Positions 52,816 through 64,000 of a stretch of 64,000 nt of DNA are shown piece after piece. Source of the DNA: Okamejei kenojei (Eukaryota). The notes below the pieces were generated by a model that made no database searches, was not told where the DNA came from, and worked only from the letters and a program-made list of their open reading frames with translations. The translations under genes were made by a program, and so were the position numbers. Location of the stretch: assembly GCA_035221665.1 (NCBI GenBank), contig CM069156.1, positions 27,342,001-27,406,000 on the forward strand, given 5' to 3'. Position 1 is the stretch's first letter, and every line of letters begins with the position of its first letter.

Positions 52816-53832
52816 TAACTCATTGCATGTGTTAAAGTCAAAATATGGTGAGTCTGGAACAGCGAGGCAACATTCAATCCCTATTGCCTCATAGCTGCCC
52901 AGTAAATATTGCGGCGCTACGCGGGGTAATATGCAGTCAATGTTATAACTGAGGCAGCATTTAAAAAAAATCAGTTTGAATCAGGATTGGGCAGAGCAGG
53001 GTTTTTTGTGTGTTTGTCTGAACCGGTTCATTGAACGAGACAATCCATACACGAGTCTTCTCTAGATTCCCTGTGATATTTTCCCCTTCAGATATGTTTT
53101 TCCTATCTGACAATTATTGTGCAAAAGTAAAGCTGCCATTCCAATGGGGAGAGAAAACTATATTTTTCAGATTGCAAATTTGCCGGCAAATTGCCGGCAC
53201 GTCTGAGAACAACGCAGAAAGTACACTTGGATGAGAAATGGTGATTATAGAACTACTGACAAGAATCACAGAACCACATCGCAGAAGAAGGCTGTTTGGA
53301 CTCCTCGAACTACAACACAGAAGGTATTCATATCCAATGTATATTAACGCTGAAATACTAATGATAAATCCTAAACAATACTCTAAAGGCAGCCAAACGC
53401 CAATCCATTGTCTCCAATCTTGCTGTGGTTCCAATATTCAATAAAGAGCCAGGCCGAGCTATGTTCGTTACAGATTGAAACTCGCGTTTTATGGGCATAA
53501 ATAAAATTATGGGGGCTACAGAGACCCAAGGAACTGCAGATGCTGGAATCCTGAGCGAAATACAAAGTGCTGGAGGAACTCAGTGGGCCAGACTATATAA
53601 ATGGAGGGAATGGACAGGCTATGTTTCGGATCAGGGACCCCCTTCTTTCGAGCATACGTTCCACGAAACAAAATAACCAGCACGATATTTAAACTAAATT
53701 CCTGAACATTAGCTCTGCAATCCGCATTCACCAGATGGCCGATGACTCGCGATTCGGTGATTCTATTTAGAAACACTGAGACAGTAAGTACACCGGCTTG
53801 CGGTTCACATCTCACCGCTGACCAGGTACCCA

Positions 53833-53930
53833 CAGTCTGAAGAAGGGTCCCGACCCGAAACGTCACCCATCCTTTTTCTCCAAAGAGGCTGCATGACCCG
53901 CTGAGTTACTCCAGCACTTTGTGTCTATCT
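53833..53930 (+). mobile_element. Penelope-type terminal repeat with minimal hammerhead-ribozyme core (representative of ~20 copies)
   Basis: CTGAAGA-A-GGGTC-cc-GACCC-GAAA-CG-TC at 53837-53864, followed by the shared tail (gctgc...cccgctgagttactccagcactttgtgtcta). Related copies lie near 870-970, 1090-1196, 3315-3430, 25515-25665, 26024, 27560, 27950-28066, 28240-28350, 29365-29460, 33015-33231, 34160-34270, 34878, 41484, 41995, 43606, 44945-45036, 51686-52090, 53525-53645, 57290 and 61024. Confidence 0.75.
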
Positions 53931-56900
53931 TAGGTTCACACGTCTACATTGTGACACCGATCTGTCTCAGAGACACTGTACCACAGGCGAGATTACTGTG
54001 GTATTGCGGTATTTTGCATTCCCAGCAAATCAAACAAAACCAATCACGAAAAACACATGTCATCGTATATGTCCATGTATTCCTTTTTTTAACGGGGTAA
54101 ATGAATACTTGGTGGGAAACACTCGGGAATCATTCCAATCAACCAACGCGAAAGTTATAATTTCGGGCGAGACTCCGCTGGCGCATCTGTGTTATCTCCC
54201 AATAAAATTATTTACAGCAATATTTCGGCACGGCTGCGAACATAATCCCGTGAACATATTGTGATTACGTATTTGTGCGATTGTTTATTCCTATATATGT
54301 GGGGATCGTATGTGTGTATATTCAACGTGTGGCGGGTTAGTATGCGAGTGTGTGTGCCTGCAGGCGTGGCTTTAATGTATGCGCCTCTATATCTGTGGCT
54401 ATATATGCATTTGTTTGCTTTACCTATGTGTCAGTACGTGTGTATTTCTACAAGTCTGTGCAAATATGGCTGGTTTCATGTATATGTCAATGACAGTTTG
54501 TGGAAGTGTGTATACGTTTGAACTGTGGCTACTTTTAAATGCGGCAACACCTCCAAATAATCAACCAAATATGGGTGATTTTTTTTTTCGCGAAATAAAA
54601 TTGAAACAGAAATCTTTAACTATATAAGTGCTAACATTCGAAATGATATTGACGGAAGATCATTACCGTGTCGCTTTACTTCACCAACAGAGGTTACATA
54701 TCATAAAGGCAACAGCGCACGACTTAGTGTTACATTGTTTTATCCTTATAATTAAACATGAATTGGTTAGTTTTTGCAGGATCGGAGAACAAAAATGTTT
54801 TTTTTTCATAAAATATCGATCTTCAATTTAATTAGTCAGGGCACGCGTGCAAATCAAGAGCAGGAGGAGACAGTTCAACCCAAAGTCAACCGCTCAAATC
54901 TTCTCAGCGTTCAAAACACAAAGGTTGGAGTGATTCCAGCACTGTGTGGTGTGCTTAAGATTCCAGCATCTGTAGTTACTCGAGTCTTCTTAGCTTTCAA
55001 TGAGATTAAAAAGGCTGACTTGACAGTAACCTCTACTCCGCGTTCCCGTATTCCCACGATAAGTGTTCGCCCTCTTGGCTGAACGAGGGTCTGCCCATCC
55101 CTGCCATGAAAAATATTGAAAGGTTTTGCTTCCACTCTCCCTTGGAGAAGAGATCCCCAAAGAGTCCCAGGCATTGAGAGATGAGAAAATGGCCTAGCCT
55201 CTGTTTACATGGGGGGGGGGGGGGGGGGGTGTCTTTATATTTCAGCAATGATCCCCGCTTCTCGATTCTCCTACGAGAAAAATCCTCACCACATCTATTC
55301 TGCCAAGACAGTTCCGAATCTCAAGTGTTTCAATGCACCCCTCCTACTCGACTAAACGCAACAGTGAGCTATCGTCGACAATTGCTTGTCCTTGACATTA
55401 TTATCTGGTTTAAATATGAGGCCTACAGACCTGTTATTGTTACTGAAGACATGAGCAAAGTTGCATCGGGGTTACCGGTCAGTCCCGAGGTGGAGAAATC
55501 TCGGCTCGCCTTACTAATTGTTAACCTGGCCCAGTGCAGCCCAGGTGATCTCACCGCCCCGCAATAAAACACAAGGAAATATGAGCAGAAATAGGCCACT
55601 CGGCCCCTCAAACCTGCCCTGACATCCAGTATGATCATGTCTGGTCTATGCTGGCCTCCACCTCTGTGCCATAACCTCCCCATAGCCCTCAAACGTTTCA
55701 AATATTTATCTATTTAAACGACACGATTGCACCTCTGTCGGCTGGACGATGCCCGGTGCGGCGCAACACAACATTAAAACGAACTGTGTTAAATTTATAG
55801 CATAGTCGATGTACAATGGTCTCGGTGACCGGATTTGCCCCATTAGTTCCAGCGGTACAACTCAACGGCGCAGAGGAGGTCTTTCGGCCCATTATTCCTG
55901 CTGCACCCTTTGAAAATAAGCGTCCGACCTTTGCGAGTGTCCAACACACAGAAACCTGTGTGTTTCTCACCCCACACACGACTCCCCCCCCCCCCCCCCC
56001 TTAAAAGTTGGCCGACACTTATTTTTTTCTTGTCTGGAAAATACAACGTCTTTTAAATTTGGTCATTCTACTCCACGTCTAACCCTGAACACACACAATA
56101 CTTCGCCAAAGAGACCCGCGGGGGCTGAAGCAAAAAAGATATTTCTGTCGCCGAGTCGTTATTAAGCCTCTTGGACCCATATGGACACAATGGATTCATC
56201 ACAATTTCCCTCTTTCTCGTTTGGTGTTCGGGGTGTTGGAATCTGGAAAGATTTTGTGGTTTTGAAACAATTGTTTGATTTTTAATCCCATTCTATAGCT
56301 GCATATTCGGCCTCTTTCACTCACCTCATTATTTTGGATTTGCACCCATCCTAACTTCAACTTGATCTCGTTTAATAGATTTCAGTCTTCTTGTTTAACG
56401 TGGAAAGCAAACACTAAAGGTAGACTCGCCATCTCCCGTTCTGCCTTCTCCCTTGATATTGGTGGTTTGTGATCTCGTGTTGTTAATCTGATTCTCTTTC
56501 TGTGATAAAGAGGTTTTTTTTTGTGTTGAGTTTAAGTGTTTTTTTTGTACTGTGAATAGCTGTGAAAGATCTTCCAACATGAAAGGCCATCTGATATATA
56601 TTTTAATCTGCTCAGAACTTCGTAACATTGGAAAGGCTGGGAGTCACCAGCCCGGGCATGCTAAGAACTACCGGAATGAACAATCTGATTTGAATACGAC
56701 AAAGGTTAGAATAAATCAAATCGTATCTTGATGATTACGCCGGATGAAATCTAGGGAGCTGCAGTGTGGATTGCATTTGATCCTCGGTTGAAATAGATAC
56801 TGACTGAATTTCAACCCCAGTCGAGATTGAGCGATTGCTTATAAAGGTTCAATGGTTCTTTAATGTCAAGTACGCACTGCACAGTGACATTCTTGCACCG

Positions 56901-57954
56901 TCGCCATATTTTGGCGCCATTTACAACAGAAAAAGAAAAGGCCAATGGTATCCATGCCATTTCCCTCCCAGAGCGACCTGACTGGGCTTCATAACATCAT
57001 GTCGTGCCGGAGCCTGAAGAGTCTGAGTCTGAGCTTCAGTCCGGAGAAAGGTCCCTACCTGAAGCATTGTCTGTCAATTCTCCCACCGCAGATGCTGACT
57101 GGCCCCTTGAGTTCCTCCCGCACATTGTATTTTTCTCCCTCTCTAGCGGTTTGTTCTGTGATGTGACCATTTACTCAGCCGACGGCAAGGATTAATTGAA
57201 AGAACAGCAGTATTTCACAGGGAATCACCACATCAAATAATGGCTAAAACACAAACGTTCTAGAAGAACTCAATGTGCAGATTAATTAGTCTGAAGAAGG
57301 GTCCCGAGCCAAAACTTTGTCTGTCCATTACCTCGGCAGATGCTGCCTGGCCCGCTTAATTGCTCCAGCACTTGGTGTTTTGCGAAATATTACAGCATCT
57401 GTAGTACCTTGAGTCACCAAATCATGCCTAGTTCCAATGACTAACCTGCCCTTACCAGGCCCTATCAGAGGGGAGGGGGGCAACGAGGGCCATTTGGTAT
57501 GGGCCTCATGCCTGTCTGCTTTAAAGCGATCTTGATTTGGGGACCTTTGCTTGATCTCGGTTTGGGGGCTTCTGTTTGATCTTGGTAGATGCATATAATC
57601 AAGCCTTCCACAGGGCACAGATAAAAAGTACATCATTTAGTACAAGACATAACACTGAAGTCCCACAAAGTCCGATTAAAGATAATTCAAAGGACTCCAA
57701 GAGGTAGATGGGAGGTCAGGACCACAGTCTGTAAGGAATTCCTCAGTTTCCAGAGCTTTGCCCTTTTCTGAGCACCAGCAAAGCGCTTGGCTGTATTGTC
57801 GGGCAGCATCTGCGGAAAAAGAAAAAAAATAAGATTCAGATCCCGATCCTTCATCAGAACTTGGAATAAGAGAAAACAAATTAGTTTAAGGTAGCAAGGA
57901 GTGGAGGGGGTTAAAAGCTGGAACAAATGGAATATCTTAAATTAATTGATTGAT

Positions 57955-58172
57955 TGAAAGATATAGTTTGGAAACAGGCTCTTTGGCCCACTGAATCCAT
58001 GCTGATCAGTGATGACCTGTTCACACTAGTTCTGTTATCCCACTTTCTCATCACTAAACACTTGGGCGAATTTACATAGGGCAATGAACCTACAAACCCA
58101 CACTTCCTTGAGATGTGGGTGGGAACTGGAGCACCCGGAGGGAAACCCAGGGAGATCATGCAAACTCTGCAA
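57955..58172 (-). mobile_element. HE1-like V-SINE, partial
   Basis: ggaaacaggctctttggccca...ggagcacccggagggaaaccc...gcaaactc. Confidence 0.6.
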
Positions 58173-58423
58173 ATTGTGCTGTAATGCCGAGAACTATATT
58201 CTGCTCTCAGTATCTTCCATTTGAAGCTAAACCTAAACCTAATGGAAAGGATCTTGGTCATGAACAGCAGATCAGACGGCACATTCTCCCCTCTCCATTT
58301 AGGATCACCCCCTTCAGAATTCCTACTCTTACATCCCAACCTACCGTTCTTTATTATATGTCACTTTCCCTTTGCAGCTGCAGAGTTTGTCACCCCTGTC
58401 GTTTCATCCCATTCTCTTGTTAT

Positions 58424-60713
58424 CATATATATAACCATATAACCATATAACAATTACAGCACGGAAACAGGCCCTCTCGGCCCTTCCAGTCCGTGCCGAC
58501 CATTTGTTTTCCCCTAGTCCCATCTACCTGCACTCAGACCATACCCCTCCATTCCCTTCACGTCCATATACCTATCCACTTTTCTTTTAAATGTTAAAAT
58601 CGATCCTGCCTCCACCACCTCTGCTGGAAGCTCATTCCACACAGCCACCACCCTCTGAGTAAAGAAGTTCCCCCTCACGTTACCCCAAAACTTCTGTCCC
58701 TTAATTCTCATGTCATGCCCTCTTGTTTGAATCTTCCCTACCCTCAATGGGTAAAACGTATCCACGTCAACTCTGTCTATCCCTTTCATCATTTTAAAGA
58801 CCTCAATCAAGTCCCCCCTTAACCTTCTGCGCTCCAAAGAATAAAGACCTAACTTGTTCAACCTTTCTCTGTAACATAGTTGCTGGAACCCTGGCAACAT
58901 TCTAGTAAATCTCCTCTGTACTCTCTATATTTTGTTGACATCCTTCCTATAACTAGGCGACCAAAATTGTACACCATACTCCAGAATTGGCCTTACCAAT
59001 GCCTTGTACAATTTTAACATTACTTCCCTACTCCTATATTCAATGCTCTGATTTATAAAGGCCAGCACACCAAAGGCTTTCTTTACCACCCTATCTACAT
59101 GCGATTCCACCTTCAGGGAACTATGTACAGTTATTCCTAGATCCCTCTGTTCCACAGCATTCCTCAATTCCCTACCATTTACCATGTACGTCCTATTTTG
59201 ATTTGTCCTGCCAAGATGTAGCACTTCACACTTAACAGCATTAAACTCCATCTGCCATCTTTCAGCCCACTTTTCCAAATGGCCCAAATCTCTCTGTAGA
59301 CTTTGAAAATCTACTTCATTATCCACAACACCACCTATCTTAGTATCATCTGCATACTTACTTATCCAATTTTCCACCCCATCATCCTGATCATTGATGT
59401 ACATGACAAACAACAGTGGACCCAACACAGATCCACTGGTCACCGGCTTTCAACCTGACAAACAGCCATCCACCATTACTCTCTGACATCTCCCATTCAG
59501 CCACTGTTGAATCCATCTTGCTACTCCGCCATTAACTCCCAAAGATTGAACCTTCTTAACCAACCTTCCATGGGGAACCTTGTCAAAGGCCTTACTGAAA
59601 TCCATATAGACAACATCCACTGCTTTACTCTCATCAATTTCCCTAGTTACCGCTTCAAAAAATTCAAGAAGGTTTGTCAAACATGACCTTCCAGGCACAA
59701 ATCCATGTTGACTGTTCCTGATCAGACCCTGTTTATCCAGATGCTTATATATATTATCTCTAAGTATCCTTTCCATTAATTTGCCCACCACTGACGTCAA
59801 ACTAATAGGTCTATAATTGCTAGGTTTATTCTTTGAACCCTTTTTAAACAATGGAACAACATGCGCTGTACGCCAATCCTCCGGCACTATTCCCGTTTCT
59901 AATGACATTTGAAATATTTCTGTCATAGCTCCTGCTATTTCTACACTAACTTCCTCAATGTCCTAGGGAATATCCTGTCAGGACCTGGAGACTTATCCAC
60001 TTTTATATTTTTCAAAAGTGTCAGTACTTCCTCCTCTTTGAATCTCATAGTTTCCATAGCTACTCTACTTTTTCCCCTTAACTCACAGAGTTCAATATCC
60101 TTCTCCTTGGTGAATACCGAAGAAAAGAAATTGTTCAATATCTCCCCCCATCTCTTTTGGCTCTGCAGATAGCTGTCCATTCTGGTTCTCTAATGGTCCA
60201 ATTTTATCCCTCGTTATCCTTTTGCTATTAATATAGCTGTAGAAACCCTTTGGGTTTACTTTCACCTTTCTTGCCAAAGCAACCTCATATCTTCTTTTAG
60301 CCTTCCTAATTTCTTTCTTAAGATTCTTTTTACATTCTTTATACTCCTCTAGCACCTCATTTAATCCATGCCTCCTATAATTATTGTAGATATCTCTCTT
60401 TTTTCGAAACAAGTGTCCAATTTCCCTTGAAAACCATGGCTCTTTCCAATTTTTACTATTTCATTTCAACCTAACAGGGACATAAAGATTCTGTACTCTT
60501 ACAATTTCCCCTTTAAATGTCCTCCATTTCTCTTCTACATCCTTCCCATGAAACAAAGTGTCCCAATTCACTCCTTTAAAATCCTTACGCATTCCCTCAA
60601 AGTTAGCCTTTCTCCAATCAAAAATCTCCACCCTAGGTCCAGTTCTGACTCTCTCCATAATTATATTGAAACTAATGGTATTGTGATCACTGGTCCCGAA
60701 GTGCTCACCAAAC
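58424..60713 (-). mobile_element. 5'-truncated CR1 (HER1-like) LINE, ORF2 reverse transcriptase with frameshifts
   Basis: Successive minus-strand ORFs encode GEHFGTSDH (end of endonuclease), VPEDWRTAHVVPLFKKG, NYRPISLTSV, QHGF, DFSKAFDKVPH, GSVLGPLLF, YADD, LEYGVQFWSP and RRLRGDLIEVFK. Short (ATATGGTT)n 3' tail at ~58430-58450. Confidence 0.95.
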
Positions 60714-61683
60714 AGAGACCGAGACATTCTTTCCAGCTGAATCAGTGATTCACTTGTACTTCCTCCAATCTAATGTACTGTACATGGTCTCATATTGGTC
60801 AGACTTCCCTGACAAAATAATGGTGTGATCTCCCTCTAGTTCTACTTTTCACTCCCACCTTCCTTCCCTATCAGATTCAACCATCCCCATCCTTTCCTCC
60901 CCTACTTGACTCATCTGCCAATCAGCCCTTCTTTTCGATCCGATGGATCTGATGACTAGCCAGTTCTTGCCCCATCCCTTGCACTCACATCTTTCTATCA
61001 GTTGTCACCCCTCTACTCCAGTATTGAAGAAGGGTCCCGACCCGAACTGCTACCTGTCCATTTCTTCCACAGATGCTACCTGAGCCGCTAAGCTCCTCCA
61101 GCACCTAGTTTTTTTTGCTGGATTCTAGTATCGGTAGTCTCATGTGCCTCCAAGTTTCAAGAAAGGGCAATGCAGACCTGGATCAAGGTTAAATGCATAT
61201 TGTAAAGCTCCACGAATAGTGTTTCGGATCATCAAACTACCACAGCTTCGATTTTGCATGTTCATCGTTAGGTAGCAGTTTAAAGAAACTTCCCGAGATG
61301 CTGTCAAATTTTTCACCAAAGCTCATTCACTTCACAAATATTCCTAGCTCCAGAGACAGGTAACAGCACAGGAGCAGAGCAGGATGGCATGGGGAAGCCA
61401 ACAATCTGATAAGTGTTCTCATCGATTGCTAGCTGATACTAACACTGGAAACTAAATCATAATTCCCATTGCCATGCCCTTTGCTAGATGAGACTATGTA
61501 TAATGGACCAGGATTCTTTTGTGCTCAGGTCACTTTGAATTGGAGGCAACGTTGAATTCATCCAAGGTAAATCTGGATATTAAAATTACGTTTATAAACC
61601 CAATGTGCCTGAGGTGCTTGGAGACTGTTCTCAAATGGTTCAGGCACAGAATAAGGGCCAGGTGATTCTTTGCCTATCCAGTC

Positions 61684-62152
61684 CTTGGTTCTTGGTTCTT
61701 GGTTACTTGGTCCTCCAAAATATTCCAACTGGAATTTAAACTGGAGGTGGTGAAGGGAGGGGTTTAGCCAGAGAGGGTTATTGGGAAGAAAGTGCCACTT
61801 TAAATTTAGTTGCATCCGGCTGGGCAACCGTGGTTTGGTGGAGATTATTCCATGCTTTAATAGTGCGTGGGAAGAACAGATTGCTGTACACATCTGTCTT
61901 TGTGGCTGGGACCACAAATTGGATTGAATGCCCTTGTCTGCTCCTAATTGGTTTGGGGTTGGTGTAGGTCTTGTGATCTATGTCTAGCTGACCATTTAAC
62001 ATTTTGTCAAAACAGGTCAAACGGTGAGCTTCACGTCTGTCTTGGAGGGGGTTCCACCCCAGAGAATTCAGAAGGTTTGGTGACACTCGCTTCTCTCTCG
62101 TAGGTGTTAGTAACAAATCGAGCGGCCTGTCTCTGGACACGTTCGATCCTCC
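61684..62152 (-). mobile_element. 3' fragment of a second, divergent CR1/L2-group LINE
   Basis: Two frames give RIERVQRQAARFVTNTYEREASVT and LGWNPLQDRR...FFPRTIKAWNNL, typical of an ORF2 C-terminus. (AACCAAG)n tail at ~61684-61710. Confidence 0.8.
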
Positions 62153-63424
62153 GTAGATGCTGCCTGAACCACTGAGTTACTACTACATTTGTGTCTTTCA
62201 AAGTCCTATAAAGCTGCAACATGACTTCCTGACTCTAAAACCCCAATCAATGATGGTGAACATACCATACACTTTCTTCACTGCTATACATTCCAGGCAC
62301 AAGAGGAAAATATGCCATCAAAGCATTTTGACATCAACAGCCACCATCGATTTTCCTGGCAGAAGCGGGGATGCAGTGTGTAGTGAGGCGGGAGATGAGG
62401 CACAGCTCATTCGGTAATAAATTAGTTAATGCTGTATTCTAATATCACACAGAAGAATTACATATAAACACTTCAAGTGCTGTTAATGTGACAGTCATTT
62501 CTGAGCTACAAAAATATTTCAGTCAATCTCACGTTGTATTGCACCTGGAAGTCAGGACTGAGTGTCGTACTCAGTTCAATCTGAAAAACATTCACAATGA
62601 ACTGAACTGTCTATTAGCTTCATCTTAAGTGCAGTATAGAGTTGGTAATAATAGCCCAGCTTGCAAAGGTATCATAAAATCAACCTTTTATACAATATAC
62701 TCATAGTCTGAATCATATCTTCTGTTATAAATTACAAGATCGATAATTGTAATGCAAAATTCCTCTGCAAATCTGTTCTTTATCTGATGCTATCCTCTCC
62801 GGTAAATATGGCGTAATGGCTCTGAGACTAATTGCACTCTGAGAAGTTCACAGAATATTTCCCTTGCATGTGTGAATAGAGAAAATCATCATGGAGATGC
62901 ATGATTGGAAATTTCACCAGATAGAAATGTATATAGGAATAATGATGTACACTGACATGCAAAATTGCCTTTAATGTAATAAAATATGACACTATGTCTA
63001 ACAGGAACATAAACAATAGTGAAAGAGAGAGAAATAAGAAGAGATGACAAGCTTTTGGATCAAAGAGAGAGGTTGTGAGCAAGGTCTCAGCAGGTGAGTG
63101 ACTCTCCAACAATCACTATCAAAAGCTAAGTAAGGCTGAGGTTGGACCAGTGTTCAGGACAACTCTTTCAATTGAGTCACCAGCCCCCGGATGTATCTGA
63201 GGAGCACTGTGCTAGGTTAATGGAGTTGGAAGTGCATTGAACCATTGACTTTAGGTTAATGGAGTTGGGAGTGGCTTTGCTGTTTCCAATGTTGGTGACT
63301 AGATCTAATAAACTTATAATAAACATCAAAAAAAGGTCATCGAGTCATAGTCATAGAGTGATACAGTGTGGAAACAGCCCATTCAGCCCATCTTGCCCAC
63401 ACCGGTCAACATGTCCCAGCTACA

Positions 63425-64000
63425 AGTTCAAGTTCACATTTATTGCCGCATACACCAATTAAGGTACAGAAGAATTTGATTTACCATGCAGCCACACAAT
63501 CAAAAAGAGCACAATACACAATAGAATACAACCTGAACATCCACCACAGTGGAATCAAAATTCTTCACTGTGGTGGAAGGCAATAACGTTTGGTCAGTCC
63601 TCCCACTGTGTTCGTCCGTGGTTGGGGCCATGAACCCTCCGTAGTCGCCTGTTACGGATGTCCCGATGTAAAGGCCCTCTGGTCGGGATGCTCGAAATTC
63701 CGAAGTCGGGACGGACGGAACATTCCGCGGCTTGGAGGTCCCGAATTGGCCGTTTCTTACCGGAGACCGCGGCTTCACGATGTTATAGGCTGCAGGCCGG
63801 CGGTCGGAGATCTTCTCCGGCGATCCCCGTCGAGGGATCCCAGACTCCGCGATGGAAAGTCCACGCCACGCCCAAGCCCAGACTGCGGCTTCAGGATGTT
63901 ACAGTCCACGGGCCAGCAATCGGAGCACTTCCTCTGGCAATCCCCGGTAAGGGATCGCCCAGCTCTGCGATGGAAAGTCTGCGCTGCGCCTGCTCCTGAA
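63425..64000 (-). mobile_element. Unclassified CpG-rich repeat inserted into a CR1/SINE tail; runs off the window end
   Basis: Starts with an aagttcaagttc tail-like repeat that cuts a CR1/SINE tail (63345-63424). Internal direct repeats at ~63813-63872 and ~63931-63990 (gatcccc...gggatc...gcgatggaaagtc). Confidence 0.5.

Noticed and set aside
55816-56004. ORF containing GAEEVFRP, faintly like Tbx4 SEEAFR
   Set aside because: The DNA (cagaggaggtctttcggcccat) resembles the degenerate CR1/SINE tail seen throughout the window, and there is no further similarity.
22015-64000. tbx4 coding exons expected downstream by synteny
   Set aside because: No T-box sequence (such as ELWKKFHEAGTEMIITK) was found in the ORF track or by eye; tbx4 probably lies beyond the window.

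Overview
Vertebrate genomic DNA, most likely from an elasmobranch (skate/ray-like), judged from its HE1-type V-SINEs, CR1 LINEs and Penelope-type repeats. The only protein-coding gene I can support is a seven-exon tbx2 (T-box transcription factor) on the + strand, 10445-22014, with all introns GT-AG. As given, exon 6 carries a 1-nt frameshift at about 19112 that creates a premature TGA. The other ~50 kb is regulatory/intergenic DNA with many transposon relics: a 2.3-kb CR1, an atypical CR1-like 3' end, Rex1/Babar and Gypsy scraps, a complete non-autonomous Helitron, and a hAT-like MITE holding a 1-kb purine tract. About 20 short Penelope-type repeats carry a minimal hammerhead-ribozyme core. 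Also present are an interrupted (GGGGCC)n array inside a CpG island, a ~230-bp-arm inverted repeat, and several motif-dense candidate enhancer/CTCF sites. Three N gaps are present, two of them in the tbx2 promoter/5' UTR. tbx4, the usual downstream neighbour, was not identified. Repeat-family names and orthologue comparisons come from recalled knowledge, not database searches, and repeat boundaries are approximate.
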